From Cryomorphaceae bacterium (GTDB lineage Bacteria; Bacteroidota; Bacteroidia; Flavobacteriales; UBA7430): DNA of 64,000 nt. Location: assembly GCA_019649675.1 (NCBI GenBank), contig BOWN01000001.1:209979-273978 (forward strand), given 5' to 3'. Positions 28,324 through 39,240 of the stretch are shown in pieces. The notes under the pieces were generated by a model, which worked only from the letters and a program-made list of their open reading frames with translations, made no database searches and was not told the DNA's origin. Each line of letters starts with the position of its first letter. Positions within the stretch are counted from its first letter, which is position 1. Made by a program: the position numbers and the translations under genes.

Positions 28324-31089
28324 TTAAGGAATAAATCTCTTATCTATCTTCCCATTATCGTATATGTAAAAAAGAATTATACCTCTATTGTGTACTTTTT
28401 GTTCTCGACCAAAAATATCAACCATTTTGATTAATTTGTAATCTTCATCACTTATTTCATTAATACCAATACCATCATCATAGTCACAAGCATCACCTTC
28501 TCCATCTTGATCAATATCAATTTGATCAAAATTACTGATATCTATACAGTTATCTAATTCATCACAAACACCGTCACTGTCTATATCTGAGATACAATTA
28601 CCATCACAGTCATAATAATCTTCAGCATACTCACATGTTCCATCATCTGTTGCTAAAGAATCATAGTTACAAGCGATATCATCAGTACATCCTACAACCT
28701 CTAATTCATCACATACACCGTCACTGTCTATATCTGAGATACAATTACCATCACAGTCATAATAATCTTCAGCATACTCACATATTCCATCATCTGTTGC
28801 TAAAGAATCATAGTTACAAGCGATATCATCAGTACATCCTACAACCTCTAATTCATCACATACACCGTCACTGTCTATATCTGAGATACAATTACCATCA
28901 CAGTCATAGTAATCTTCAGCATACTCACATATACCATCATCTGTTGCTAAAGAATCATAGTTACAAGCGATATCATCAGTACATCCTACAACCTCTAATT
29001 CATCACATACACCGTCACTGTCTATATCTGAGATACAATTACCATCACAGTCATAATAATCTTCAGCATACTCACATGTTCCATCATCTGTTGCTAAAGA
29101 ATCATAGTTACAAGCGATATCATCAGTACATCCTACAACCTCTAATTCATCACATACACCATCTCCATCAGTATCATTTAGGCAATCTCCATTACAGTCA
29201 TAATTTGTTTCTGCATAAGTACATGAGCTATCATCATCTGTTGCTAAAGAATCATAGTTACAAGCGGTATCATTAGTACATCCTACAATCTCTAATTCAT
29301 CACATACACCGTCACTATCTATATCTGAGATACAGTTACCATCACAGTCATAGTAATCTTCAGCGTATTCACATGTACCGTCATCTGTATTTACATCTGA
29401 GGAGTAATTACATGCTATCGAATCCATACAACCATTAATGACTAGAACATCACAAGAACCATCATTTACATTAAAGAGTTCGTTGTACTCTATATAAGCA
29501 GGATTTGTACATCCATACCATATACAAGTTCCATTATTAACGTTTGCTAAAGAATCATAATTATCAGCACCTGATTCAGTACAACCATCAATTATTGGAA
29601 TACAAGAATCATTGTCAGTATTTGCTTCAGAATTATAATTTAATGCAGTTGGATTAGTACAACCATAAATAAATGGCTCACAGGTGCCATCATCAGTATT
29701 TGCTAATTGATCATAATTATAAGAACCTTCATCTGTACAACCTAAAATATATGGAATACAAGAACCATCATCTATATTAGCAAGCGAATCATAATTTAAT
29801 GCCCATGAGTAGGTACAGCCTTGAATAATTGGTACACAAGAGCCATCATCAGTATTTGCTAAATAGTTAAAGTTTAAAGACAAACTATCAATACAACCTT
29901 GAATTACCGGCTCACACGAATCATCATCTGTGTTGGCGAGTTCTGAATAATTAAAGGCTGTTGAATCTGTACAACCTTCAACTACTGCCTCACACGAATC
30001 ATCATCTATATTTGCTAGTGAATTATAATTGTATGAATTAACATCTGTACAACCAAAAACAGACGGAATACATGATCCATCATCAGTATTTACAAGTTCT
30101 TCATAATTTAATGCTGAAGGATCTGTACAACCTTCAACAATAGATTCACAAGCCCCATCATCACTATTTGCTAATGGATTAAAATTAAATGCTGTTGAAT
30201 CTGTACAACCAAAAATGGTATAAATACAGCTTCCATTATCTGAAGTTGCTTCAGAATTATAATTATCTGCATTTTCATCTGTACAACCTTCTATTAAATA
30301 GATACAAGAACCATTATCAATTGTAGCTTCTGAATTATAATTTACTGCTTGATCATCTGTACATCCATATGTAGCATTTAGTTGTGAACATGAACCATCA
30401 TCTACATTTGCATCAATAGAATATTCAGCATAATCAAAGTTTGTACAACCATAAACTATAAGGTTTGAACATGAACCATCATCAAGATTTGGAATACTCT
30501 CTAAAGCAGTGATACTATTGGACATTGGATCATAATCCCAATACTCTAAGTATGCTTCATCAGAACAACCCTCTACAATCAATGTTAAACATGAACCATC
30601 ATCTGTATTTGCTTCAACATTATATTCAAGATAATTTACATCTGTACAACCTAATTCTACTAATGTGATGCATTGTGTTTCATCAGAAGAATTCGCATTA
30701 ATATCATATTCTAAATAATTATCATTCATACAACCTTCGACTATTTGTGTAATACACATTTCGTTATTAGGCGTATTTGCTTGTTCGTCATATTCTAGAT
30801 AATTTATATCAAGACATCCCTCAATTATCAGAGTTAAACAAGATGAATCATCAGTATTTGCTTCTTGATTATACTCTAAATAGAGAGGATCTGTACAACC
30901 TTCAAATACTTCGTTAATACACATTTCACTATCAGATGTGTTTGCTTGTTCATCATATTCTAAATAATTAATATCTAAACAACCTTCAATTACCAATATT
31001 AAACAAGATGAATCATCAGTATTTGCAAGTGCATTATATTCTAAATAGAGTGGATCTGTACAACCTTCAAGTACTTCTGTAACACACAT
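28324..31089 (-). CDS. Giant Cys-repeat surface protein, fragment 7 of 7 (C-terminus with T9SS-type tail; gene span 28324-39892)
   Basis: About 17 GCTD..A.NY....AN.DDGSC repeats, six 49-aa units with DSDGVCDELE (TSP3-like), tail KLIKMVDIFGREQKVHNRGIILFYIYDNGKIDKRFIP. Confidence 0.85.
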   Translation of the reverse strand: MCVTEVLEGCTDPLYLEYNALANTDDSSCLILVIEGCLDINYLEYDEQANTSDSEMCINEVFEGCTDPLYLEYNQEANTDDSSCLTLIIEGCLDINYLEYDEQANTPNNEMCITQIVEGCMNDNYLEYDINANSSDETQCITLVELGCTDVNYLEYNVEANTDDGSCLTLIVEGCSDEAYLEYWDYDPMSNSITALESIPNLDDGSCSNLIVYGCTNFDYAEYSIDANVDDGSCSQLNATYGCTDDQAVNYNSEATIDNGSCIYLIEGCTDENADNYNSEATSDNGSCIYTIFGCTDSTAFNFNPLANSDDGACESIVEGCTDPSALNYEELVNTDDGSCIPSVFGCTDVNSYNYNSLANIDDDSCEAVVEGCTDSTAFNYSELANTDDDSCEPVIQGCIDSLSLNFNYLANTDDGSCVPIIQGCTYSWALNYDSLANIDDGSCIPYILGCTDEGSYNYDQLANTDDGTCEPFIYGCTNPTALNYNSEANTDNDSCIPIIDGCTESGADNYDSLANVNNGTCIWYGCTNPAYIEYNELFNVNDGSCDVLVINGCMDSIACNYSSDVNTDDGTCEYAEDYYDCDGNCISDIDSDGVCDELEIVGCTNDTACNYDSLATDDDSSCTYAETNYDCNGDCLNDTDGDGVCDELEVVGCTDDIACNYDSLATDDGTCEYAEDYYDCDGNCISDIDSDGVCDELEVVGCTDDIACNYDSLATDDGICEYAEDYYDCDGNCISDIDSDGVCDELEVVGCTDDIACNYDSLATDDGICEYAEDYYDCDGNCISDIDSDGVCDELEVVGCTDDIACNYDSLATDDGTCEYAEDYYDCDGNCISDIDSDGVCDELDNCIDISNFDQIDIDQDGEGDACDYDDGIGINEISDEDYKLIKMVDIFGREQKVHNRGIILFYIYDNGKIDKRFIP
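28545..29440 (-). repeat. Tandem 147-bp (49-aa) near-identical coding repeats, about 6 units
   Basis: The anchor ccgtcactgt recurs at 28571, 28718, 28865 and 29012 (period 147), with diverged units at 29159 and 29309. Each unit encodes YDCDGNCISDIDSDGVCDELEVVGCTDDIACNYDSLATDDG.CEYAED. Confidence 0.9.
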
Positions 31090-31262
31090 TGAAGCATCAG
31101 ATGTATTTGCAAGTGGATTGTATTCTAAATAATTTAAATCAGTACAACCTAAAACAACTTCTGTCTCACACGAACCATCGTCAGTGTTAGCAATAGGATT
31201 GTACTCAATATATGTTAGATCTGTACAACCATAAACAATAATAGTTTGACAAGCGGATTCAT

Positions 31263-31499
31263 TTAATGTATTAGCTTGGGGATTATATTCAAGATAATTT
31301 GCATCTGTACACCCGAAATCAATTCAGTTATACACATTGAAGAGTTAAATATGTTAGCATTTTCGTCAAACTCTAAATAATTAGAATCCATACAACCAGA
31401 AATTGCAATAGTTAAACATGAACCATCATCTGTATTTGCTTCAAAATCGTATTCTAAATATTCCGGATTAGTACATCCTTCAACTATATTAGTAAACAT
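31263..31499 (-). CDS. Giant Cys-repeat surface protein, fragment 6
   Basis: EGCTNPEYLEYDFEANTDDGSC and SGCMDSNYLEFDENAN repeats. Frame changes on both sides. Confidence 0.75.
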   Translation of the reverse strand: MFTNIVEGCTNPEYLEYDFEANTDDGSCLTIAISGCMDSNYLEFDENANIFNSSMCITELISGVQMQIILNIIPKLIH

Positions 31500-31894
31500 T
31501 GAGTTTGATCATTTGTATTTGCAGTAACCGAGTATTCAAGATAACTTGAGTCTGTACATCCGTATACAATTAATGTAATACAAGAATCCTGATCTTCTTG
31601 ATTTGCTAACGGATTGAAATCAACATATGAATTATCCATACAGCCAGCCAAGATTTCGTTTACACATTGAGAAGAATCAGATACGTTTGCAGTTTCATCA
31701 TACTCTAAATAATTTGAATCTGTACAACCTGTAATCGCAAGAGTTAAGCACAACGTTTCATCGGACGTATTCGCACTTACATCATATTCCAGATAATCTG
31801 AATCAGTACAACCTAATTCTATTTCATTTACACATGAGCTAGGATCAGTATCTGTATTAGCTTCTTGACTATACTCTATATAGTTTTGGTCCAT
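31484..31894 (-). CDS. Giant Cys-repeat surface protein, fragment 5
   Basis: Four repeats of GC(T/M)D..Y.E(Y/F)...AN......C. Confidence 0.75.
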   Translation of the reverse strand: MDQNYIEYSQEANTDTDPSSCVNEIELGCTDSDYLEYDVSANTSDETLCLTLAITGCTDSNYLEYDETANVSDSSQCVNEILAGCMDNSYVDFNPLANQEDQDSCITLIVYGCTDSSYLEYSVTANTNDQTQCLLI

Positions 31895-32088
31895 ACAGCC
31901 ATATGATATTGCTTCACAAGACCCATCATCTATATTTGCATCTGCATTATAATTAATAGCATTTAAATCAGTACAGCCTTCAACAATTAGAGTAACACAA
32001 GACTCATCGTCTATATTAGCATCAGCGTTATACTCAAGATATAGAGTATCAGTACACCCTGTAACTACTTCAACACAAGAGCCATCAT

Positions 32089-35000
32089 CTACAAAGCTTC
32101 TGAATCGAAGTTAAATGCAAGAGGGTCGGTACATCCTTCACTAAATTCACAAACAGCAGGGTTTGAAGTTACAATTGCTGCTACAGCTGGATTATATAAT
32201 GAATTATTTGGATCAGCCACAGGGAAATAGTTATTCGCCAAAGTATCTATACAAACTTCATTTGAAGATCTTGATCCAAAATCATATGAACATGGATCAG
32301 AATTATCCTCAGCACTAACCTGATTGACAGTTGCTAGTGGATTATAGTTATCAATAAATGGGAAATCAAACATACACCCATAAATAACTTCAATACACTC
32401 ACCTTCTATGTTTGCATTTTCATTGTAGTTAGCTGCAGACTCATCCATACACCCTTGAATAGTTGCTATACAAGAACTTGGATCAGTATCAGTATTTGCC
32501 TCAGGATTATAATTGAATGCCAATGGATTAGAACAACCAATAATCTCTGACTCACAGTCACCAGAATCAGTATTTGCTAATGGATTATAATTTACTGCCA
32601 TTTCATCTGTACAGCCATAAATATATGCTATACATGAGTTGTCATTAGAGTTAGCTTCAGAATTGTAATTAAATGCTAATGGATTGGTACATCCTGGAAT
32701 CTCAGGAGTACAAGAACCATCATCTGTATTTGCATTTATATTATAATTTAGTGCAATTTCATCTGTACAACCATATATAATAGCAATACAATTACCATTA
32801 TTTACATTGGCTGTAGCATTATAATTAAACGCAAATGGATTAGTACATCCATATACAACATCAATACATGAACCATCATCTGTATTTGCATAAGAGTTAT
32901 AATTTAATGCAGAAGAATCTGTACAACCAAATACTTTAGCAATACAGCTTCCATCATTTACATTAGCTTCAGGGTCATAATTTAATGCAATAGGGTTAGA
33001 ACATCCATATACAATTCCAATACAAGAACCATCATCTGTATTAGCTTGAGCAAAATAATTCAAGGCCATTTCATCTGTACATCCATATACATATGAAATA
33101 CAAGAATTGTCATTTGTGTTAGCTAAAGAGCTGTAGTTTAGTGCATATGGATTTGTACATCCATATACAATATCAATACAAGAGCCATCATCTGTATTTG
33201 CTTGAGCAAAATAATTCAAGGCCATTTCATCTGTACATCCATAAATAACAGAAATACAAGAACCATCGCTAACAGTAGCATTAATATCATAGTTTAATGC
33301 AAGAGGATTTAAACATCCATATACAATGTCAATACAAGAACCATCATCATTATTAGCAAATGAATTAAAGTTCAATGCAGATTCATCTGTACAACCAAAG
33401 ACAACAGCAATACAAGAACCATCACTAACAGTAGCATTAATATCATAATTAAATGCAAGTGGATTAGTACAACCATAAATAAGTTCTACACAAGAGCCAT
33501 TATCAGTGTTTGCAAATGAATTATAGTTTATTGCAGAATTACTTGTACAACCAAAGACAATTGCTTCACAAGATCCATCATTAATATTTGCTTCTGAGTT
33601 AAAGTTAAAAGCAACTGGATTTGTACATCCATAAATAGCTTGAACACAGACTCCGTTGTCTGTATTTGCATTAGGATTATAATTATATGCTGAAGGATCT
33701 GTACAGCCATAAATAACAGCTTCACAAGATCCATCGTTGGTATTAGCATCTGCATTAAAGTTAAATGCAACAGGATTAGTACAACCATATACAGCTATCA
33801 CACATACTCCATTGTCAGTGTTAGCATTTGGATTGTAATTTGTTGCTCCTGGGTCAGTACAACCATAAACTATTGGCTCACATGACCCATCATTTACATT
33901 TGCTATTTCATTATAATTAAATGCAATTGGATTTGTACATCCATATATTGTTTCAATACACGAACCATTATCTGTATTAGCATTAGGATTATAATTAAAT
34001 GCTGAAGGGTCTGTACAGCCAAAAACTTGCTGTTGACATGAACCATCATTGACATTAGCATTAGAATTGTAATTAAATGCAGTTGGGTTTGTACAGCCAA
34101 ATATTTGCTCAATACATGAGCCATTATCTGTATTTGCATTAATATTATAATTGAATGCAATAGGGTCTGTACATCCTTCTATGACTGCAACACATGAACC
34201 ATCATTTGTATTTGCATTTTCATCATAATTAAAAGCACTAGCCTCATTACACCCCTCAATTACAGGCACACAACCACCATTATCTATATTTGCATTTGGG
34301 TTATAGTTAAAAGCTGATATGTCAATACACCCATAAACAATTGCTTCACAGGATCCATCATTTGTGTTAGCATTTTCATCATAGTTAATTGCATTTTCAT
34401 CGGTACAACCATAAGTGAAAGCTTCACATGATCCATCGTCAGTGTTTGCATTAGCATTAAAATTAAATGAAGTAGGATCAATACAACCCAAAATAATGGT
34501 AACACAAGAACCATCGTTCATATTTGCAACTTCATCATAATTAAAAGCACTAGGTTCGGTACATCCCTCTATTACAGGGACACAACTACCATTATCCAAA
34601 TTAGCATTTGGATCAAAATTAAACGATGAAGCATCTGTACAGCCTGATACTATCAGGTTAAAACAAGTACCATTATCAATATTTGCAGCTTCATCAAACT
34701 CAATAAATAAATCATTTGTACAACCATATACAACAGGTGTGGTACATGAGCTATCATCTATATTGGCATTAGGATTATACTCTAAGTAAGTTGGATTAGT
34801 ACAACCATAGTAAGCAAATGTAATGCAACTTCCATTATCAATATTTGCCTCCTCATTATACTCAACATAAGTAGCATCTGTACATCCATAAACTATTAAT
34901 TCTTGACAAGAGCCATCATTAACATTTGCTTCAAAATCAAATTCAATAAACAAATCACTTGTACAACCATAAACTGCAATATTTAAACAAGTTCCATTAT

Positions 35001-37779
35001 CAATATTTGCCTCCTCATTATATTCAATATATTCAGGAAGTGTACAACCATAAACTATTAATTCTTGACAAGAGCCATCATCAACATTTGCTTGAAAATC
35101 AAATTCAAAATAATTATAATCTGTACAGCCAAATACAGCTATAAATAAACAACTTCCATTATCAATATTTGCCTCCTCATTATACTCAACATAAGCAGCA
35201 TCTGTACATCCGTAAACTATTAATTCTTGACAAGAGCCATCATCAACATTAGCCTCAAAATCAAACTCAATATAATTATAATCTGTACAACCATATATAG
35301 CTATATTTTCACAACTTCCATCATCAATATTTGCAAACATGTTAAACTCGGCATAATTAGAATCCATACAACCATATATCGCTATGTTTTCACAACTTCC
35401 ATCATCTACATTTGCATTCTCATCATACTCAACAAACCAAACAGTGGTACATCCATAAACAATAACTGTTAAACAAGAACCGTCATCTACGTTGGCTAAG
35501 GGATTGAACTCTATATAACCATTATCAGTACAGCCGTCTACTTGGTCTTCACAAGTTCCATCATCCATGGTTGCCTCATTATCGTAATTAAATGCACTCT
35601 CATCCATACAGCCAAAATTTGGAGCACAATTAAAATTATAAGTAACGCTTAATGCTGGGAGCACTCCATTAGTTATATATTGGTTTACTCCAGCAAATGA
35701 AATCTCTAAATCATATAATGAATCACCATCAACAAGCTGAAAATATAATTCTTCTCCAGCTAAGGCTCCGTCTATTTCTGGAGTTTGAGTATCATCACCA
35801 AATATAGCAACGTATTGTTGTCCATCTATCAAATCATCTTGTGCTAAAGAAGAACTTCCAATTACTATCCCTGAATTTGTAGTAGCAACCACATATGGTG
35901 AATCGGAAGTCATAGGTAGAGAACTAACGACACCTGATGTTAAAAATACAGTCATATTAACACCTGTATTTCCTGTAAATTCTAATGGGAAAACACATCC
36001 AGTATCATCATAAATACATGATCCATCATCTGTTGTTGCATCTGGATTATAGTTAATTGCAGACATATCAATACAACCAATTATCAAATAATCACAAGAA
36101 CCATTATCAAAATTAGCATCCGGATTATAATTAATTGCAGATGGATCTGTACAGCCAATTATCTCAAAATAACATGATCCATCATCAATATTTGCTGCAG
36201 GGTTATAGTTAATTGCAGAAGAATTAGTACAGCCAGATATTGAAAATGGACTACATACTTCAGTAAAACTCCCTGATGAAATAATTTCAATTGCATTCGG
36301 GTTGAATATTATATCAGCAGATTCTAAACTAAGAATTGTTCCACTTGACAACTGATAACCAATTTTTATAGTATCACCAGTTTGAAAACCATCTATTTCT
36401 GTAGTTGTTAAATCGTCTGCCCAAACAGCAATTGAAAATTGATTACCTGTCCATTCAGATGAACCATAACAAATTGGTGCTTGATCATCTTCATCAGTGT
36501 TTGCAAAAACTCCAATCATTTGTCCAATTTGAATATCAGCTGATGCTACAAAATCAGAATTAAATAACAAAGTCATATTAGATCCAGTATTTGTATAAGT
36601 GAAATCTAATATTGGACATTCGCCATATTGCTCAAAATCACATGATCCATCATCAATATTTGCTGCAGGGTTATAGTTAATTGCATACATATCCATACAA
36701 CCGAATATATCATCTATTATATCTTCTTGTGAACAAACAAAACTATAGGATGCTGCTAATGCAGGAAGAGTCCCATTTACAACAAAACTATTCATGCCGG
36801 CAAAAGATAAATCTACATCATATAAGGAATTGCCATCAACAAACTGAAAATACAATTCATCTCCTGATACAGCTCCATCTAATTCTGGCGTAGATGTATC
36901 GTCTCCCCAAACAGCAAGTGATTGTTGACCACCAACTAAATCATCTAAAGATAGAGAGGCACTTCCAAGAATTAATCCAGAAGAATTTAATGCAACTAAA
37001 TAAGGATCTTCTGAAGATATTGGAAGATTATCAATAACACTTGAGGTTAAAAATACTGTCATGTTTACTCCTGTATTTCCTGTAAATTCTAATGGGAAAA
37101 TACACGCAGAATGATCATAATCACATGACCCGTTATCAATTGTTGCATCTGGATTATGGTTTAAAGCCATTGGATCAGTACAACCAAATATCTCATAATC
37201 ACATGATCCATTATCAACATTAGCATCTGCATTATAGTTAATTGCAGATGGATCAGTACAACCAAATATCTCATAATCACATGACCCATTATCAACATTA
37301 GCATCTACATTATAGTTAATTGCAGATGGATCAGTACAACCAAATATCTCATAATCACATGATCCATCATCAATATTTGCTGCAGGGTTATAGTTAATTG
37401 CATACATATCCATACAACCGAATATATCATCTATTATATCTTCTTGTGAACAAACAAAACTATAGGATGCTGCTAATGCAGGAAGAGTCCCATTTACAAC
37501 AAAACTATTCATGCCGGCAAAAGATAAATCTACATCATATAAGGAATTGCCATCAACAAACTGAAAATACATTTCAGCTCCAGATACAGCTCCGTCTAAT
37601 TCTGGTGTAGAAGTATCATCTCCCCAAACAGCAAGTGATTGTTGACCACCAACTAAATCATCTAAAGATAGAGAGGCACTTCCAAGAATTAATCCAGAAG
37701 AATTTAATGCAACTAAATAAGGATCTTCTGAAGATATTGGAAGATTATCAATAACACTTGAGGTTAAAAATACTGTCAT
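32089..37779 (-). CDS. Giant Cys-repeat surface protein, fragment 4 (1896 aa)
   Basis: Contains modules A2, A3, C and B2 (GNTG(V/S)NMT...), then an estimated 35 consecutive 32-33 aa repeats, e.g. YGCTNPVAFNFNADANTNDGSCEAVI. Confidence 0.85.
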   Translation of the reverse strand: MTVFLTSSVIDNLPISSEDPYLVALNSSGLILGSASLSLDDLVGGQQSLAVWGDDTSTPELDGAVSGAEMYFQFVDGNSLYDVDLSFAGMNSFVVNGTLPALAASYSFVCSQEDIIDDIFGCMDMYAINYNPAANIDDGSCDYEIFGCTDPSAINYNVDANVDNGSCDYEIFGCTDPSAINYNADANVDNGSCDYEIFGCTDPMALNHNPDATIDNGSCDYDHSACIFPLEFTGNTGVNMTVFLTSSVIDNLPISSEDPYLVALNSSGLILGSASLSLDDLVGGQQSLAVWGDDTSTPELDGAVSGDELYFQFVDGNSLYDVDLSFAGMNSFVVNGTLPALAASYSFVCSQEDIIDDIFGCMDMYAINYNPAANIDDGSCDFEQYGECPILDFTYTNTGSNMTLLFNSDFVASADIQIGQMIGVFANTDEDDQAPICYGSSEWTGNQFSIAVWADDLTTTEIDGFQTGDTIKIGYQLSSGTILSLESADIIFNPNAIEIISSGSFTEVCSPFSISGCTNSSAINYNPAANIDDGSCYFEIIGCTDPSAINYNPDANFDNGSCDYLIIGCIDMSAINYNPDATTDDGSCIYDDTGCVFPLEFTGNTGVNMTVFLTSGVVSSLPMTSDSPYVVATTNSGIVIGSSSLAQDDLIDGQQYVAIFGDDTQTPEIDGALAGEELYFQLVDGDSLYDLEISFAGVNQYITNGVLPALSVTYNFNCAPNFGCMDESAFNYDNEATMDDGTCEDQVDGCTDNGYIEFNPLANVDDGSCLTVIVYGCTTVWFVEYDENANVDDGSCENIAIYGCMDSNYAEFNMFANIDDGSCENIAIYGCTDYNYIEFDFEANVDDGSCQELIVYGCTDAAYVEYNEEANIDNGSCLFIAVFGCTDYNYFEFDFQANVDDGSCQELIVYGCTLPEYIEYNEEANIDNGTCLNIAVYGCTSDLFIEFDFEANVNDGSCQELIVYGCTDATYVEYNEEANIDNGSCITFAYYGCTNPTYLEYNPNANIDDSSCTTPVVYGCTNDLFIEFDEAANIDNGTCFNLIVSGCTDASSFNFDPNANLDNGSCVPVIEGCTEPSAFNYDEVANMNDGSCVTIILGCIDPTSFNFNANANTDDGSCEAFTYGCTDENAINYDENANTNDGSCEAIVYGCIDISAFNYNPNANIDNGGCVPVIEGCNEASAFNYDENANTNDGSCVAVIEGCTDPIAFNYNINANTDNGSCIEQIFGCTNPTAFNYNSNANVNDGSCQQQVFGCTDPSAFNYNPNANTDNGSCIETIYGCTNPIAFNYNEIANVNDGSCEPIVYGCTDPGATNYNPNANTDNGVCVIAVYGCTNPVAFNFNADANTNDGSCEAVIYGCTDPSAYNYNPNANTDNGVCVQAIYGCTNPVAFNFNSEANINDGSCEAIVFGCTSNSAINYNSFANTDNGSCVELIYGCTNPLAFNYDINATVSDGSCIAVVFGCTDESALNFNSFANNDDGSCIDIVYGCLNPLALNYDINATVSDGSCISVIYGCTDEMALNYFAQANTDDGSCIDIVYGCTNPYALNYSSLANTNDNSCISYVYGCTDEMALNYFAQANTDDGSCIGIVYGCSNPIALNYDPEANVNDGSCIAKVFGCTDSSALNYNSYANTDDGSCIDVVYGCTNPFAFNYNATANVNNGNCIAIIYGCTDEIALNYNINANTDDGSCTPEIPGCTNPLAFNYNSEANSNDNSCIAYIYGCTDEMAVNYNPLANTDSGDCESEIIGCSNPLAFNYNPEANTDTDPSSCIATIQGCMDESAANYNENANIEGECIEVIYGCMFDFPFIDNYNPLATVNQVSAEDNSDPCSYDFGSRSSNEVCIDTLANNYFPVADPNNSLYNPAVAAIVTSNPAVCEFSEGCTDPLAFNFDSEAL
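35305..36070 (-). repeat. Segmental duplicate B2 (paralogue of 38476-39240)
   Basis: See B1. Here aacaaaccaaacag is in frame, whereas B1 has aacaaaaccaaacag. Confidence 0.75.
36640..37110 (-). repeat. Near-identical ~470-bp intragenic duplicate, copy A3
   Basis: See copy A1. Identical plus-strand shadow ORFs at 36681, 37398 and 39385 mark the three copies. Confidence 0.85.
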
Positions 37780-37827
37780 GTTTACTCCTGTATTTCCTGT
37801 AAATTCTAATGGGAAAATACACGCAGA
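37357..37827 (-). repeat. Near-identical ~470-bp intragenic duplicate, copy A2
   Basis: See copy A1. It differs from A1/A3 in a short patch (GAEMYFQF versus GDELYFQF). Confidence 0.85.
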
Positions 37828-37883
37828 ATGATCATAATCACATGACCCGTTATCAATTGTTGCATCTAAGTTATAATTTAAAG

Positions 37884-38633
37884 CTAAAGGATCTGTACAA
37901 CCAAATATCTCATAATCACAAGAACCATTATCAACATTAGCATCTGGATTATATAATTAATTGCAGATGGATCTGTACAGCCAATTATTTCATAATCACA
38001 AGAACCATTATCAACATTAGCATCTGCATTATAATTAATTGCAGATGGATCAGTACAACCAAATATCTCAAAATCACATGATCCGTCATCAACATTTGCT
38101 GCAGGGTTATAGTTAATTGCATAAATATAAACACAACCATATACTGCAATATTTAAACAAGTTCCATTGTCAATGTTTGCCTCCTCATTAAACTCTACAT
38201 AAGCAGCATCTGTACATCCATAAACTATTAATTCTTCACATGATCCATCATCAACATTTGCTTGAGAATCAAATTCAAAATAATTGTAATCTGTACAGCC
38301 AAATACAGCTATATGTAAACAACTTCCATTATCAATATTTGCCTCCTCATTATACTCAACATATGCAGCATCTGTACATCCATATATCACCACGTTTTCA
38401 CAACTACCATCATCTAAATTTGCATTCTCGTCAAACTCTGCATAATTAGAATCCATACAACCATATACCGCTATATTTTCACAACTGCCATCATCAATAT
38501 TTGCAAACATGTTAAACTCGGCATAATTAGAATCCATACAACCATATATCGCTATGTTTTCACAACTACCATCATCTACATTTGCATTCTCATCATACTC
38601 AACAAAACCAAACAGTGGTACATCCATAAACAA
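37884..38633 (-). CDS. Giant Cys-repeat surface protein, fragment 3
   Basis: Eight repeats (YGCMDSNYAEFNMFANIDDGSCENIA...). About 97% identical by eye to 35.0-35.5 kb. Confidence 0.8.
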   Translation of the reverse strand: MFMDVPLFGFVEYDENANVDDGSCENIAIYGCMDSNYAEFNMFANIDDGSCENIAVYGCMDSNYAEFDENANLDDGSCENVVIYGCTDAAYVEYNEEANIDNGSCLHIAVFGCTDYNYFEFDSQANVDDGSCEELIVYGCTDAAYVEFNEEANIDNGTCLNIAVYGCVYIYAINYNPAANVDDGSCDFEIFGCTDPSAINYNADANVDNGSCDYEIIGCTDPSAINYIIQMLMLIMVLVIMRYLVVQIL

Positions 38634-39240
38634 TAACTGTTAGACAAGAACCATCATCTACGTTGGCTAAGGAATTGAACTCTAGAAAACTATTATCAGT
38701 ACACCCATCTACTTGATCTTCACAAGTTCCATCATCCATAGTTGCCTCATCATCATAATTAAATGCATTCTCATCCATACAGCCGAAATTTACTGCACAA
38801 TTAAAATTATATGTAGCGCTTAATGCTGGGAGGACTCCATTAGTTATATATTGGTTTGCTCCAGCAAATGAAATATCTAAATCATATAGGGAATCACCAT
38901 CAACAAGCTGAAAATATAATTCTTCTCCTGCTAAGGCTCCATCTATTTCTAGAGTTTCAGTATCATCTCCAAATATCGCAAGATACTGTTGTCCATCTAT
39001 TAAATCTTCTTGTGCTAATGAAGAACTTCCAACTACTAATCCTAAATTTGTAGTAGCAACTATGTAAGGTGCATCAGAAGTTATAGGAAGAATACCAACA
39101 ACACCTGATGTTAAAAATATAGTCATATTAACACCTGTATTTCCAGAAAATTCTGATGGGAAAACACATCCAGTAACATCATAAACACATGATCCATCAT
39201 CGATTGTTGCATCAGGATTATAGTTTATTGCGGACATATC
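38476..39240 (-). repeat. Segmental duplicate B1 (paralogue of 35305-36070)
   Basis: By eye, module B is about 90% identical and the flanking Cys repeats about 97% identical. Offset is about 3170 bp. Confidence 0.75.

Noticed and set aside
28635-29276. 213-aa His-rich plus-strand ORF (MFHHLLLKNHSYKRYHQYILQPLIHHIHRH...) with its own internal repeats
   Set aside because: It is the antisense reading of the 147-bp tandem coding repeats of the giant minus-strand gene. Its periodicity simply mirrors that array, and it has no start context or independent support.
28545-29440. Possibility that the regular 147-bp repeats are a CRISPR-like array
   Set aside because: There are no unique spacers, the units are contiguous and in frame with a long ORF, and they encode a coherent protein motif. 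No cas genes are present in the window.
33528-34514. Minus-strand 76-86 aa ORFs in alternative frames inside the giant gene (33528-33788, 33903-34160, 34284-34514; similar plus-strand ones at 34959-35472)
   Set aside because: They are fully nested out of frame within the long 32089-37779 ORF and have low-complexity M/L/I/Q-rich translations. These are artefacts of repetitive AT-rich coding sequence.
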